Assembly (NCBI GenBank): GCA_963821325.1
Contig: CAWGDC010000004.1
Span: forward strand, 15,462-79,461
DNA: 64,000 nucleotides
Direction of reading: 5' to 3'
Source: an uncultured Actinomycetes bacterium
Lineage (GTDB): Bacteria > Actinomycetota > Acidimicrobiia > IMCC26256 > PALSA-555
The notes below the pieces were generated by a model. That model had not been told where the DNA came from and did no database searches. It worked only from the letters and a program-made list of their open reading frames with translations. Positions 1 through 11,243 of the stretch are shown piece after piece. Position numbers and translations under genes: made by a program. Numbering within the stretch: the stretch's first letter is position 1; the number at the start of each line of letters is the position of its first letter.

Positions 1-1466
1 ACGACGCGGGCGGCGTCTCCACCTACGCGCAGGCCGGTCAGCAGTACGGGACGACGCTGCTGTGGGTCATGCTGCTGCTCATCCCGGTGCTGATCATCAA
101 CCAGGAGATGGTCGTGCGCCTCGGCTCGGTCAGCGGCGTCGGGCACGCCCGCCTGATCCGGGAGCGGTTCGGGCGCTTCTGGGCCTGGTTCTCCGTCGGG
201 GACCTCTTCTTCTTGAACTTCCTCACGATCGTGACCGAGTTCATCGGCGTGAGCCTCGGGCTGAGCTACTTCGGGGTGCAGCCCACCCTCAGCGTCCCCT
301 TCGCGGGCGCGGCGCTCATCGCGTTCACCGTCACCGGCAGCTTCCGCCGCTGGGAGCGGTTCATGTTCGCGCTCGTCGCGGTGAGCTTCCTGTTCATCCC
401 GCTGATCGTGATGACGCACCCGCACGGCCCGGTCGAGATCCTCCGCCACACCTTCGTCCCCGGCGTGCAGGGCGGCTTCAACAGCGCCGCGATCCTGCTC
501 CTCGTGGCGATCATCGGGACGACCATCGCGCCGTGGCAGCTGTTCTTCCAGCAGTCGAACGTCATCGACAAGCGGATCACGCCCCGCTGGATCCGCTACG
601 AGCGGGCCGACACCATCATCGGCGCATTCATCACGAACATCGCGGGCGGCGGCTACATGATCTTCACCGCGTTCGCGGTCGCCGGGACGGCGTTCTTCGG
701 TCAATTCACCGATGCCGGTGGCGTCGCGAACGCCTTGCACCACACCGTCGGCTACTGGGCGGGCGCGTTCTTCGCGATCATCCTCATCGACGCGTCGATC
801 ATCGGTGCCTGCTGCGTGACCCTGTCATCGGCCTACGCCTTCGGGGACACGTTCAACCTCACGCACTCGCTGCACCGCAAGTTCACCGAGGCGAAGGGCT
901 TCTACAGCGCCTACGCGCTCCAGGTCGCGTTCGCCGCGGCGATCGTCCTCATCCCCAACGCGCCGCTCGGAACCCTCACCGAGTACGTGCAGGTCCTGGC
1001 CGGCGTGCTGCTGCCCAGCGCCACCCTGTTCCTCCTGCTGCTCTGCAACGACCAGGGTGTCCTCGGGCCGTGGGTGAACCGGCGGTGGCTCAACGTGGTC
1101 ACCGGGCTGATCATCGCCGTGCTCGTGGTGCTGTCGCTCATCCTGACGGTGAACGTGCTCTACCCCCACGTCGACGTGCCCACGATGACCGGCGGCTTGT
1201 TCGCGGGCATGGGCGTCGCCCTCGTCGTCGGCGGGGCGGTCGCCCTCGTGCGGCGTCGACGGCTGCGACGGGTCGGGCAGGCGGTCGACGCGCTGGCCGC
1301 CGTCCGGCACCTCGACCGCGACACGTGGCGAATGCCGCCGCTCGCGCTCGTGTCCCGGCCGGTCACGACGCGGTTCCGCACCCTCTGCCTCGTCACGCTG
1401 CGCGGGTACCTCGTGGTCGCCGTCGTCATGATCGCGATCAAGCTCGGCACCGCGGTCATCCACTAG
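1..1466 (+). CDS. NRAMP-family divalent metal transporter (5' end outside window)
   Basis: Frame open from position 3 (DAGGVSTYAQAG..., TM1 motif), GTTIAPWQLFFQQS TM6 motif, many hydrophobic helices. Confidence 0.9.
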   Translation, partial: DAGGVSTYAQAGQQYGTTLLWVMLLLIPVLIINQEMVVRLGSVSGVGHARLIRERFGRFWAWFSVGDLFFLNFLTIVTEFIGVSLGLSYFGVQPTLSVPFAGAALIAFTVTGSFRRWERFMFALVAVSFLFIPLIVMTHPHGPVEILRHTFVPGVQGGFNSAAILLLVAIIGTTIAPWQLFFQQSNVIDKRITPRWIRYERADTIIGAFITNIAGGGYMIFTAFAVAGTAFFGQFTDAGGVANALHHTVGYWAGAFFAIILIDASIIGACCVTLSSAYAFGDTFNLTHSLHRKFTEAKGFYSAYALQVAFAAAIVLIPNAPLGTLTEYVQVLAGVLLPSATLFLLLLCNDQGVLGPWVNRRWLNVVTGLIIAVLVVLSLILTVNVLYPHVDVPTMTGGLFAGMGVALVVGGAVALVRRRRLRRVGQAVDALAAVRHLDRDTWRMPPLALVSRPVTTRFRTLCLVTLRGYLVVAVVMIAIKLGTAVIH

Positions 1467-1539
1467 ACCGCCGGCCCTACAGGCCGGCGGGCTGGCGGTC
1501 GATCATCACCCCCATGCGTGACCGACCCCGCCGGTCGTC

Positions 1540-1944
1540 GTGAGTCCCGAGATCCTCGTCGGCGCGGCCGTCGCGATGGCCGCCGGGGCGACCCTCGTCG
1601 TCGCCGCCCAACCCGGCGCGGCCTGGCGGGACGCCGCCGAGCACACCCGGGCGTGCTGGCTCGGCTGGGCGCTCCTCGCCGCCGGGCTCGGCGCGGCCGG
1701 GCTGCTGCGGGCCGGGATCACCTGGGCGAGCGTGGCGTGGCTCGCCGCCTGGGTGGCCCTCGGATCTCGACCGCCCTCGATCGTCACCGACGTGCTCGAC
1801 ACCCGCCGGCTCGAGCGGCGCCGCCGGCTGCTCGCCCGTCGCCCCGCTGACCTCGGCCGGGTGCTGCCGCCGATCCGCTGGCACGCTGCCGACGCCCTCC
1901 CCGCCGGGCCGCGGGACCTCACGGCCCCGCGGCTCAGCGCCTGA
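1540..1944 (+). CDS. Hypothetical membrane protein
   Basis: 134-aa ORF with about 3 hydrophobic segments and GC3-rich codons. Confidence 0.55.
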   Translation: MSPEILVGAAVAMAAGATLVVAAQPGAAWRDAAEHTRACWLGWALLAAGLGAAGLLRAGITWASVAWLAAWVALGSRPPSIVTDVLDTRRLERRRRLLARRPADLGRVLPPIRWHAADALPAGPRDLTAPRLSA

Positions 1945-2017
1945 GCGGAGACCGCAAGCCTTTTCGCCCCGTCGTCCGTAGTGCTTTCGGTCAGCACGGA
2001 CCACGGGGAGGAACCAC

Positions 2018-2563
2018 GTGAGGAAAGGATTGGTAGCCGTCGGGCTGTTCGGCCTCGTCGGCGTGCTCACCGCCTGCGGCGGGGGCTCGGGCAGCGTCAC
2101 GGCGAAGCAGTCGAAGCCGCCCGCCGCGCCGCCCGCGACGGTGAAGACGGCGACCTCGTCGCTCGGCACGATCCTCGTCGACGCGAACGGCCGCACGCTG
2201 TACGCGTTCATGCCGGACACGGCGACGATGAGCGCCTGCACCGCGTCGTGCGCCATGCTCTGGCCGGCGGTGACCGTGACCGGCGCCCCGGTCGCCGGCA
2301 CCGGCGTCACCGCGTCGATGCTGACCACGATCACGGACGCCAACGGCACCCAGGTCGTGTACGGCGGCCACCCCCTGTACACGTTCGCGAACGACCACGC
2401 CGCGGGTGACGTGAACGGGCAGGGCTTCGCCAACGGGCTCTGGCACGTCGTCTCGCCGTCCGGGCAGATCGTCACCACGTCGACGCCCGCGACCACGCCG
2501 ACCACCCAGCCCACCAGCTCCGGCTCCGGGTCGGGCTCGTCGGGCGGCGGGTACGGGTACTGA
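2018..2563 (+). CDS. Secreted-repeat lipoprotein (COG4315, Yx(FWY)xxD type)
   Basis: Lipobox LTAC; GRTLYAF and GHPLYTFAND repeats; SD ggagg. Confidence 0.88.
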   Translation: MRKGLVAVGLFGLVGVLTACGGGSGSVTAKQSKPPAAPPATVKTATSSLGTILVDANGRTLYAFMPDTATMSACTASCAMLWPAVTVTGAPVAGTGVTASMLTTITDANGTQVVYGGHPLYTFANDHAAGDVNGQGFANGLWHVVSPSGQIVTTSTPATTPTTQPTSSGSGSGSSGGGYGY

Positions 2564-2749
2564 GCCGACCTGATCCGAGCGGCCGCCGGCGCGGCACCCC
2601 GCCCCGCCGCGACGGCGGGCCGCTCGGTGCGCACCCGACCGGGCGGGTCGGCGTCTGAGGGGACGCGATCTGGGCAACCCCTCGAGCCGGCGCCGCCCGG
2701 TGGGTGCGCACTACCGGCCGGTGCCGGGCCGTCGCGCTACGGTCCGCCC

Positions 2750-3724
2750 GTGTCGAGCCCGTCGTCGCGCCGCTGGCGCCGGTGGTGTGGCCGCGGTGTC
2801 GCGGTCGCCGGCGTCGGCGCGCTCCTCGCCACCGCGATGACGCTCAGCCCGGCCGCCGCGGCGAGCACGCACCCGACGTCCAGCGGGTGCACCCACCCCG
2901 GGCCCGCCGGCACCACCACGCAGTCCATCCCGTCCGGCTCCACCGTGCGCATGTACCGCCTCGCCGTCCCCGCGGGCACCGGGCCGTTCGGCCTCGTGCT
3001 GAACTTCCACGGCTTCGGCTCCAACGCCGTCGAGCAGGCCGTCTACAGCCAGCTCGAGCAGCGCGGCCCCGCGAGCGGCGACGTCGTGCTCACCCCCCAG
3101 GGCACCGGCGGCCAGGCCTTCTGGAACATCCTCCCGAACCTCGCCACGCCCGACGATGTCGCCTACACCGGGCAGCTCATCGACCAGACCGAGCGCACCG
3201 AGTGCATCGACCCGACCCGCGTGTACTCGACCGGGATCTCGAATGGTGCCGGGCTCACGACGCTGCTCGGCTGCAGGCTCACGAGCCGGCTGGCGGCCAT
3301 CGCGCCGGTGGCGGGCATCAACCTCGTCCCCGCCTGCCCGCGGGGGACCCCGATCCCGGTGCTCGCGTTCCACGGGACGGCAGACCCCGTCGTGCCGTAC
3401 ACCGGCGGGCAGCTGTCACCGGGCCTCGGCGGCCTGAAGACCACCCGCGTCCCGACCGCGGTGGCGTCGTGGGCGACGCGTGACGGCTGCCGGCCCACCC
3501 CGGTGCGGGTCACGGTGGGGTCCGAGGTCACCGAGACCCGCTACGCAGGCTGTCGCGCCGGCACGCAGGTGATCCTCTACAGCATCCTCGGCGGGGGCCA
3601 CACCTGGCCGGGCACGCCGTTCGACGTCCCGGGCCTCGGCGCCGTCACCCGCCAGATCAGCGCCACCGACCTGATGCTGCGCTTCTTCGCCCAGCACACC
3701 CGCCCGGGCGCGTCGAGCCGGTAG
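2750..3724 (+). CDS. Secreted PHB-depolymerase/LpqC-like alpha/beta hydrolase esterase
   Basis: Signal peptide; LNFHG, GISNG nucleophile elbow, FHGTADPVVPY, GGGHTWPG; start chosen 6 nt after TACGGT. Confidence 0.82.
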   Translation: MSSPSSRRWRRWCGRGVAVAGVGALLATAMTLSPAAAASTHPTSSGCTHPGPAGTTTQSIPSGSTVRMYRLAVPAGTGPFGLVLNFHGFGSNAVEQAVYSQLEQRGPASGDVVLTPQGTGGQAFWNILPNLATPDDVAYTGQLIDQTERTECIDPTRVYSTGISNGAGLTTLLGCRLTSRLAAIAPVAGINLVPACPRGTPIPVLAFHGTADPVVPYTGGQLSPGLGGLKTTRVPTAVASWATRDGCRPTPVRVTVGSEVTETRYAGCRAGTQVILYSILGGGHTWPGTPFDVPGLGAVTRQISATDLMLRFFAQHTRPGASSR

Positions 3725-3736
3725 GGGCGACCGGCG

Positions 3737-5119
3737 TCAGCCGGCGTCGCCGATCCAGACCGTCTTGACGTTGCAGAACTCGCGGATCCCGTGGGCCGAC
3801 AGCTCCCGGCCGTACCCCGAGTGCTTCACCCCGCCGAACGGCAGCTCGGGGAACGACGTCGTCATCCCGTTCACGAACACCGCGCCGGCCTCGAGGCCCT
3901 CGACGCAGCGGCGCTGCTCGTCCGGGTCGGTCGTCCAGACGTTCGAGCCCAGCCCGAAGTCGGTGTCGTTGGCGAGCGTGATCGCCGCGTCGAGGTCCTC
4001 GACGCGGTACAGCGCGGCGACCGGGCCGAACACCTCCTCGTGGTACATGCGCATCGTCGGCGTGACCCCGGTGATGACCGTCGGCGGGTAGTACCAGCCC
4101 GGCCCGTCGGGGCGCCGGCCGCCGCAGCGCACGACCGCGCCCTGCCGGGTGGCGTCCTCGACGAGCGCCTCGACGTCGGCGCGGCCCTGCTCGGTGGCGA
4201 GCGGCCCCACGTCGGTGGTCGGGTCCATCGGGTCGCCCACGGTGAGGGCGGCCATCGCGTCGACGAAGTGGGCTTCGAACGCGTCGGCGACGCGGTCCTC
4301 GACGATGAACCGCTTCGCGGAGATGCAGCTCTGCCCGTTGTTCTGGCAGCGCGACGTCGTCGCGACCGCCGCGGCCCGCTCGAGCGGCGCGGACGCCAGC
4401 ACCAGGAAGGCGTCGCTGCCGCCCAGCTCGAGCACGGTGGGCTTGATGACCGCTCCCGCCGCCGTCGCGACGGCGCGCCCCGCGGGCTCGCTGCCGGTCA
4501 GGGTGGCCGCCCGGACCCGCGGGTCGCGCAGCACCCCCTCGACCTGGTCGGAGCCGATCAGCAGTGTCTGGAACACGCCGGTGGGGAAGCCCGCCTCGGC
4601 GAACAGCCGCTCGAAGTACACGGCGGTGCGCGGCACGTTCGACGCGTGCTTCAACAGGCCCACGTTGCCGGCCATCAGCGCCGGGGCGGCGAAGCGCATG
4701 GCCTGCCACAACGGGAAGTTCCACGGCATCACCGCGAGCACCGGGCCGAGCGGCTCGTAGGTGGCGTACGCGCGGGTCGCGCCGACCGAGGCGGCGTCGA
4801 CCGGCTCGTCGGCCAGGAACGCCGCGGCGTGCTCGGCGTAGAAGCGGCACGCTCGCGCGCACTTCTCGACCTCGGCGCGTGCCGCGACGAGGGTCTTGCC
4901 CATCTCGGTCGTCATCATCGTGGCGACGTCGTCACGGTCGCGGTCGAGCAGGTCGGCGGCGGCGTGCAGCCAGCCGGCCCGCTCGTCGAGACGGGTGCGC
5001 CGGTAGTCGGCCGCGGCGCGGGCGGCGCGGGCCAGCCGCTCCTCGACGGCGGCGGGGGAGAGGGGCTCGATGGTCTCCTCGGTCTCGCCCGTCGCCGGGT
5101 TGATCACTGCGATCGGCAT
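3737..5119 (-). CDS. NADP-dependent succinate-semialdehyde dehydrogenase (GabD1/Sad-like ALDH)
   Basis: MPWNFP, LELGGSD, NNGQSCI catalytic Cys, EEVFGP, PFGGVKHSGYGREL. Confidence 0.9.
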   Translation of the reverse strand: MPIAVINPATGETEETIEPLSPAAVEERLARAARAAADYRRTRLDERAGWLHAAADLLDRDRDDVATMMTTEMGKTLVAARAEVEKCARACRFYAEHAAAFLADEPVDAASVGATRAYATYEPLGPVLAVMPWNFPLWQAMRFAAPALMAGNVGLLKHASNVPRTAVYFERLFAEAGFPTGVFQTLLIGSDQVEGVLRDPRVRAATLTGSEPAGRAVATAAGAVIKPTVLELGGSDAFLVLASAPLERAAAVATTSRCQNNGQSCISAKRFIVEDRVADAFEAHFVDAMAALTVGDPMDPTTDVGPLATEQGRADVEALVEDATRQGAVVRCGGRRPDGPGWYYPPTVITGVTPTMRMYHEEVFGPVAALYRVEDLDAAITLANDTDFGLGSNVWTTDPDEQRRCVEGLEAGAVFVNGMTTSFPELPFGGVKHSGYGRELSAHGIREFCNVKTVWIGDAG

Positions 5120-5183
5120 CGCCGCTCCTTGGCCTCTCGCACCACGCGTCGACGGCCGTCCCGCGGGCCGCGACGCGGGACGG

Positions 5184-6305
5184 CTACGGGGCGAACTGGT
5201 AGAGGCGCTGGGTGTTGCCGGCCAGGATGCGGTGCCGCTCGTCGGGGGGCACGCCGGCGAACGCCGCCTGGATGGTGCGCCACGACGACGGCCAGTCCGC
5301 GCTGATGTGGGGGTAGTCGCTCGACCACAGCAGCCGGTCGACGCCGACGTCCTCGCGGTGGTGGATCCCGAACGTGTCGGTCATGAAGCCGTAGTGGAAG
5401 TGCGCCTCGATGTACTCGCTCGGCGGCGCGGCGAGCCCGAAGCGGCTCACCGGGTCGAGGCGCCGGTAGTTGTTGTCGATCTGCTCCTTCGCGTACGGCA
5501 CCCAGCCGGCGTCGACCTCGGCGAAGACGACGTCGAGGTCGGGGAAGCGGTCGAAGACCCCCGAGAAGATGAGATCGATCATCCGGTTCGGGGCGTCGAA
5601 GAACCGGCCGTACCCGGGGAGCTTGGCGCTGTGCGCCGCCGGCATCTGCAGCGACAGGCTCACGTGGATGCCGAGCGGCACCCGCCGGCCCGCGAGGCAG
5701 GCCCACACCGCGTCGTCGCCCGGCTCCAGGCGCAACGTGCCGTTCGGGTAGCAGCCCATGACGACGCCGCGCATCCCGGGACGGTCGAGGACGCGCTCGA
5801 TCTCGGCGACGGCGGCGTCGGCGCCCCAGTTCGGGAGCATGGCCAGGCCCCCGAAGCGGTCGGGGGCGTGGGCGACGAACTCGGAGAGCCAGTCGTTGTA
5901 GGCCCGCATCATCTCGGCGCGGTAGGCCGGGTCCGGGTTCGCGACGATGGCCTGCGCCAGGCGCGGGGTGGGGTAGAGCATCTCGGCGTCGACGCCGTCG
6001 CGTGCCATCTCACGTACCCGCGCCGCCGGGTCGTGACCACCCGGTCGGATGTCCTCGAACCGCACCCAGGCGTGCATGGCCTCGGGGTCGAGGCCGGCGC
6101 AGGCGTTCATCCCGAAGTTGATCGGGTCCGTGACGCCCTCGATCACCCAGGCGTCACCGGCGTCGAAGCGCTCCATGCGCGGCGCGCGGTCGCGCATGGC
6201 CCGCGAGACGCGGGTGGTCCACAGGTCGGGGGGCTCGTTCACGTGGCTGTCGGCGGAGATCAGCCGGTAGCGCGGCGGCGCGGACAACGTCTGGGCCTCG
6301 GTCAC
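5184..6305 (-). CDS. Amidohydrolase_2 family protein
   Basis: ISADSHV, AYNDWL, WSSDYPH motifs. Confidence 0.9.
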   Translation of the reverse strand: MTEAQTLSAPPRYRLISADSHVNEPPDLWTTRVSRAMRDRAPRMERFDAGDAWVIEGVTDPINFGMNACAGLDPEAMHAWVRFEDIRPGGHDPAARVREMARDGVDAEMLYPTPRLAQAIVANPDPAYRAEMMRAYNDWLSEFVAHAPDRFGGLAMLPNWGADAAVAEIERVLDRPGMRGVVMGCYPNGTLRLEPGDDAVWACLAGRRVPLGIHVSLSLQMPAAHSAKLPGYGRFFDAPNRMIDLIFSGVFDRFPDLDVVFAEVDAGWVPYAKEQIDNNYRRLDPVSRFGLAAPPSEYIEAHFHYGFMTDTFGIHHREDVGVDRLLWSSDYPHISADWPSSWRTIQAAFAGVPPDERHRILAGNTQRLYQFAP

Positions 6306-6366
6306 GACGCGGCGATGTTAGGCGCTTCCTAGACTCCGGCTGCTCCCGGACACGGCAGGAGGGCCC

Positions 6367-7285
6367 GTGGGCGCGAGCCCCTACAGCACCTTCGTGGTGA
6401 GCATCACCCCGTTCCGGGCCGACGGGACACTCGACGAGGACGGGCTGCGTCACCACCTGGCGCGCCAACGCGACGCGGGGGTCGGCGTCTACCTCGCGGG
6501 CAGCGGCAGCGGCGAGGGGTACGCGCTCGACGAGGCCGAGACCCGCCGCGTCCTCGAGCTCGGCGTCGAGGAGCTCGCCGGGCACGTCCCGGTCCGGGCG
6601 ATGGGCGTCGAGCCGCGCACCGCCGACGAGGCGATCGGGCGCGCCCAGGTCGCCGCGGCCGCGGGCGTCGACGCGTTCCAGCTGTACTCCCTCGACCAGG
6701 GGCACGGGAACCGGCCCAGCCCGGCGGAGCTCGAGCGGTACGTGCGCACCGTGCTCGACGCCGTCGACCTCCCCGTGGTGCTGTCCACCCACCAGAGCGT
6801 CGGCTACCTCCTCCCCGTCGAGTTGGTCGCCTCCGTCCTCGACCGCGACGACCACGTCATCGGCGTGAACTGCTCCACCGCCGACGTCACCTACCTGCTC
6901 CGCGTCGTCGAGGCGGTCGACGGGCGGGCCGACGTGCACGTCGGCGGCCCGCTCCACGCGCTCACCGTGCTCGGCCTCGGCGGGCAGGGGTTCCTCAGCT
7001 CCGACGCCAACCTCGCGCCGCGGCTCTGCGCCCAGGTCATCGACCACGCCCACCACGGCGACCTGCCGGCGCTGCAGCACGCGTACCGGGAGCTCATGCG
7101 CCTCTACGCCGTCACCCGCGACCTCGGCGGGATCACCGCGACGAAAGCCGCGCTCGACCTGCTCGGCCTCCCCGGCGGGCCGCCGCGGCCACCCCGCGCT
7201 GGCCGCCGACGCGGCCACCCGCGCCGCCGTGCAGCGACGCCTCCTGGACGAGCTCGCCTGGCCTGCCGTCGAAGGGCTGCGGTGA
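6367..7285 (+). CDS. Dihydrodipicolinate synthase (DapA) family protein with divergent active site; frameshift near 7200
   Basis: ITPF..DGTLDE and GSGSGEG motifs; true stop inferred at TGA 7283-7285 overlapping the next GTG. Confidence 0.8.
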
Positions 7286-8848
7286 GCCCCCGCGACGCGC
7301 GGCGCTTCCCGCGCGTGGCGGTCGCGACGCCGCACCACCTCGCGTCCGCCACCGGGCTCGCGGTCCTCGCGGCAGGGGGGCAACGCGATGGACGCGGTCC
7401 TCGCCGCCAACCTGACCCTCGGCGTCGTCGCCCCCTACCTCTGCGGCTACGGCGGCGACCTCTTCGCCATCGTGTGGGACGGCCGCCTCACCGGCTACCT
7501 CGGCTCCGGACGCTCACCGGCCGCCGCGACCGTCGCGCAGGTCGCGGCGCGCAGCGGCGGCGAGCACATGCCGGTCCTCGGACCCGACACGGTGACCGTC
7601 CCCGGAGCCATCGCCGGCTGGTTCGACCTCCTCGCCGCGCTGGGGCACCCGCGACTTCGCGACGCTCGCCACGGACGCCATGACCTACGCGCGCGACGGG
7701 TTCGCCGTCAGCACGGCCGCGGCGCGCGCCTTCGACGACGGGCGGCGCATGTACCCCGCCGCCAACCCGTGGCATCACGCCTGGCACGACGTGTACGGCG
7801 ACGTGGCCGCCGGCACGTGGCTGCGCCAACCCGCGCTGGCCCGCACGATCGAGACGCTCGCGGCCGACGGGCCCGACGCCTACTACCGCGGGCCGATCGG
7901 CGACGGGATCGTCGCCACCCTCGGCGAGCACGGCGCCGCGATGGCCGCCGACGATCTCGCCGGCCACGCCGGGGAGTGGGTCGACCCGCTCCACGCCGCG
8001 TACCGCGACGTCGACGTCGTCGAGCTGCCCCCACCCACCCAGGGGTCACGCCCCTCGAGGCGCTGCGCCTCCTCGACGGGACGCCCCTCCCACCCGACGG
8101 GCCCGCGCGCCAGCACCTCCTCATCGAGGCGCTGAAGCTCGCCCTGTCCGACCGGGACCGCTGGGTGAGCGATCCGGCGGCCATGCCCCATCCGGCCGAC
8201 CGCCTCCTCGACGAGGCCTACGTCGCGTCGCGTCGCGCCGACCTGCGCGCCGACACCGCCGGGCGCCCCGCACCCGGCGTGCCCCAGCCCGGCGGCACCG
8301 CCTACCTGTGCGCCGCCGACCACGACGGGCTCCTCGTCAGCCTCATCCAGTCGAACTTCTTGCACTTCGGGGCCGGCGTCCACGTCCCCGCCTGGGGGGT
8401 CAACCTCAACAACCGCGGGTTCTCGTTCTCCCTCGACCCGACGCGCGTCAACGGCTTCGCGCCCGCCAAACGCCCCCTCCACACCCTCATCCCCGCGATG
8501 GCCCTCCGCGACGGACGCCCGAGCCTCGTCTTCGGGAGCATGGGCGGCGACGCGCAGCCCGGCGTGCACGTCCAGCTGCTCGCCCACCTCGTCGACGACC
8601 ACGCCGACCCCGCGGCCGCGCTCGCCGCACCCCGCTGGCGCGTCGACCCCGGCCGCTGGCGCGTCCACGCCGAGTCCCGGTTCGGGGCGCCGTTCGCCGA
8701 CGCGCTGCGCGCCCTCGGTCACCGCGTCGTCGACGCGCCCGCGTACGACCCCGACATGGGCCACGCGCACGTCATCCGCGTCGACCACGACGGCGGCTAC
8801 ACCGCCGCGGCCGATCCCCGCTCCGAAGGGCTGGCCCTCGGCCGGTGA
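7282..8848 (+). CDS. Gamma-glutamyltransferase family protein (split by indels)
   Basis: ATPHHLAS..G..VL..GGNAMDA, VTVPGA, GTAYL (Thr nucleophile), SLIQSN, KRPLHTLIP, ADPRSEG across frames. Confidence 0.88.
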
Positions 8849-8927
8849 CGCGGTCGCGGGCAGCGCCGCCCGCACCCGGCCCGCGGCCACGGTCAAGGGT
8901 GCACGGCGCCCCGGTTACGCTGCGAAC

Positions 8928-9817
8928 ATGAACGCCGACACGGTGCAGGACGTGCGCGACGACGTTGGCCGCACACGACTACCTCGCCGACACCGGGCTG
9001 GCCACCGCGGTGTTCCTCGCCGTCACCTTGCAACGACCCCTGCTCCTCGAAGGGGAGGCGGGCGTCGGGAAGACCGAGTTGGCGAAGGTGCTCGCCGACT
9101 GGACCGGCGGGGAGCTGGTGCGGCTGCAGTGCTACGAGGGCATCGACGCCGCGCAGGCCGTGTACGAGTGGGACTACTCCCGCCAGCTGCTGCACCTCCG
9201 CGCCCAAGAGGCACGCGGCGAGGCACCCCGCGAGGACGAGCTCTACTCCGAGCAGTTCCTCGTGCGACGGCCGCTGCTGCGCGCCATCGCCACGAACGGC
9301 ACGGTCCCGCCGGTGCTCCTCGTCGACGAGGTGGACCGGGCCGACGACGAGTTCGAGGCGTTCCTCCTCGAGATCCTCGCCGACTACACGATCACCGTCC
9401 CCGAGCTCGGCACCTTCCGAGCCGAACGGCCACCGATCGTGATCGTCACCTCGAACCGCACCCGGGACGTCCACGACGCGCTCGAAGCGCCGCTGCCTCT
9501 ACCACTGGATCGACCATCCGGACTTCGAGCGGGAGCTCGCCATCCTGCGGGTCCGCGGCCCCGAGGTCAGCGAGGCGCTCGCCCGACAGATCGCCGCGGC
9601 CGTCGCCGCGCTGCGCGACCTGGACCTGTACAAGCCGCCCGGGGTCGCCGAGACCATCGACTGGGCGCAGGCCGTCGCCGCGCTCGGCGCCGACACGCTC
9701 GACGAGGCGACGGTCGACGTCACGCTCGGCACCGTCGTGAAGTACCGGGAAGATCAGCAGCGGGTCCGCGCCCACGGCGTCGACGCGCTCGCCGCGGCCG
9801 GCGCCCGCGATGGCTGA
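8928..9817 (+). CDS. MoxR/CoxD-type AAA+ ATPase (indels)
   Basis: GEAGVGKT Walker A, LLVDEVDRAD Walker B, TSNRTRDVHDAL, KPPGVAETIDW. Confidence 0.88.
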
Positions 9818-10926
9818 CGACCCGGACCGTCTCGTCGTCGCGTTCGCCCGCCTGGCGCGACGCCTCGGCCTGGACGTCCCCGTCGGGCGCGACCGTGACG
9901 CTCGGGAAGGCCTGGGCCGCGGTGGGCCTCGGCTCCCGCGACGCCTGCTACTGGGCCGGCCGGGTCGTGCTGCTCCGCCGCCCTGAGGACGCCGCCCTCT
10001 ACGACCAGGCTTTCGACGCCTTCTGGGACGGGACCGGCGTGGCGCGCGCGCCCGTGCCGCCGGTCACGGTCAGCGTCGCGACGGACACCGACGTCGACCC
10101 CGACGCGGACCCCGACGCGGACCCCACCGGGGACGGCGACGACCTGGCGGTGCGCGTGCGGTGGAGCCCCGCCGAGCAGCTGCGCACCCGCGACTTCGCG
10201 GCCTGCAGCCCCGCCGAGCTCGACGAGGCGCACCGGCTCATCGCCGACCTGCGCCTGGTGGCCGCCCGGCGACGCTCGCGTCGGCGCCGCCCCACCCGCC
10301 GGGGCCGGGGCCGCCCCGACCTCCGGCGCACGGTGCGCCGATCCTTGCGAGCCGACGGTGAGCCGATCCGGCCGGGCGTTCACCGCGCCCAGCGACCGGC
10401 CGCGGCGCGTGGTGCTGCTCTGCGACGTGAGCGGCTCCATGGAGCCGTACGCCCGGGCGCTGGTCCGGTTCCTCCATGCCGCGGTGGTCGGCGGCGCCCG
10501 CGTCGAGGCGTTCGCGCTCGGCACGCGGCTCACCCGGCTCACCCGCGAGCTGTCCTCCCGCGACCCCGACGAGGCGCTCGCCGCCGCGGCGCGACGGGTG
10601 ACGGACTGGTCCGGCGGCACGCGGCTCGGGGAGGGGCTCCGCGCCTTCAACGACCGGTGGGGGGTCGCGCGGCCTGGCGCGGGGCGCGACGGTCGTGATC
10701 CTCTCCGACGGCTGGGACCGGGGCGACCCCGAGCTGCTCGACGCGGCAGATGCGGCGGCTGCGCCGGGTGGCGCACCGTGTCGTGTGGGTGAACCCGTTG
10801 AAGGCGACGGACGACTACGCGCCGCTCGCGCGGGGCATGGCGGCCGCGCTGCCCCACGTCGACGAGTTCGTCACCGGCCACTCCGTCGCCGCGCTCGACG
10901 ACCTCGTCACCGTCCTGGCCCGCTGA
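9810..10926 (+). CDS. CoxE-like VWA domain protein (indels)
   Basis: LCDVSGSM MIDAS, WSGGTRLG, ILSDGWDRGD, WVNPLK. Confidence 0.88.
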
Positions 10927-11243
10927 TGCGCGAGCTCCTCGACGTCATCGACGACTGGCGGCAGGCCGGGCGTCGCGTCGCGCTCGCCCGCGTCGTCGGG
11001 CTCGACGGGTCGGGGCCCCGCGACCCGGGCGCGGCCATGGCCGTGAGCGACGCGGGCGACGTCGCCGGTTCCGTGTCGGGCGGCTGCGTCGAGGGGGCCG
11101 TGGTGACCGAGGCGCTCGCCGTGCTCGCGGGGGAGCGGCCGCGGGGGGTCGTGACGTTCGGCTACTCCGACGACGACGCGTTCGCCGTGGGGCTCACCTG
11201 CGGTGGGACGATCCACGTGTACGTCGAGCCCCTGGACTGGTGA
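10926..11243 (+). CDS. XdhC/CoxI family N-terminal protein
   Basis: GSGPRDPGAAM, GSVSGGCVE, GLTCGGTI. Confidence 0.88.
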   Translation: MRELLDVIDDWRQAGRRVALARVVGLDGSGPRDPGAAMAVSDAGDVAGSVSGGCVEGAVVTEALAVLAGERPRGVVTFGYSDDDAFAVGLTCGGTIHVYVEPLDW

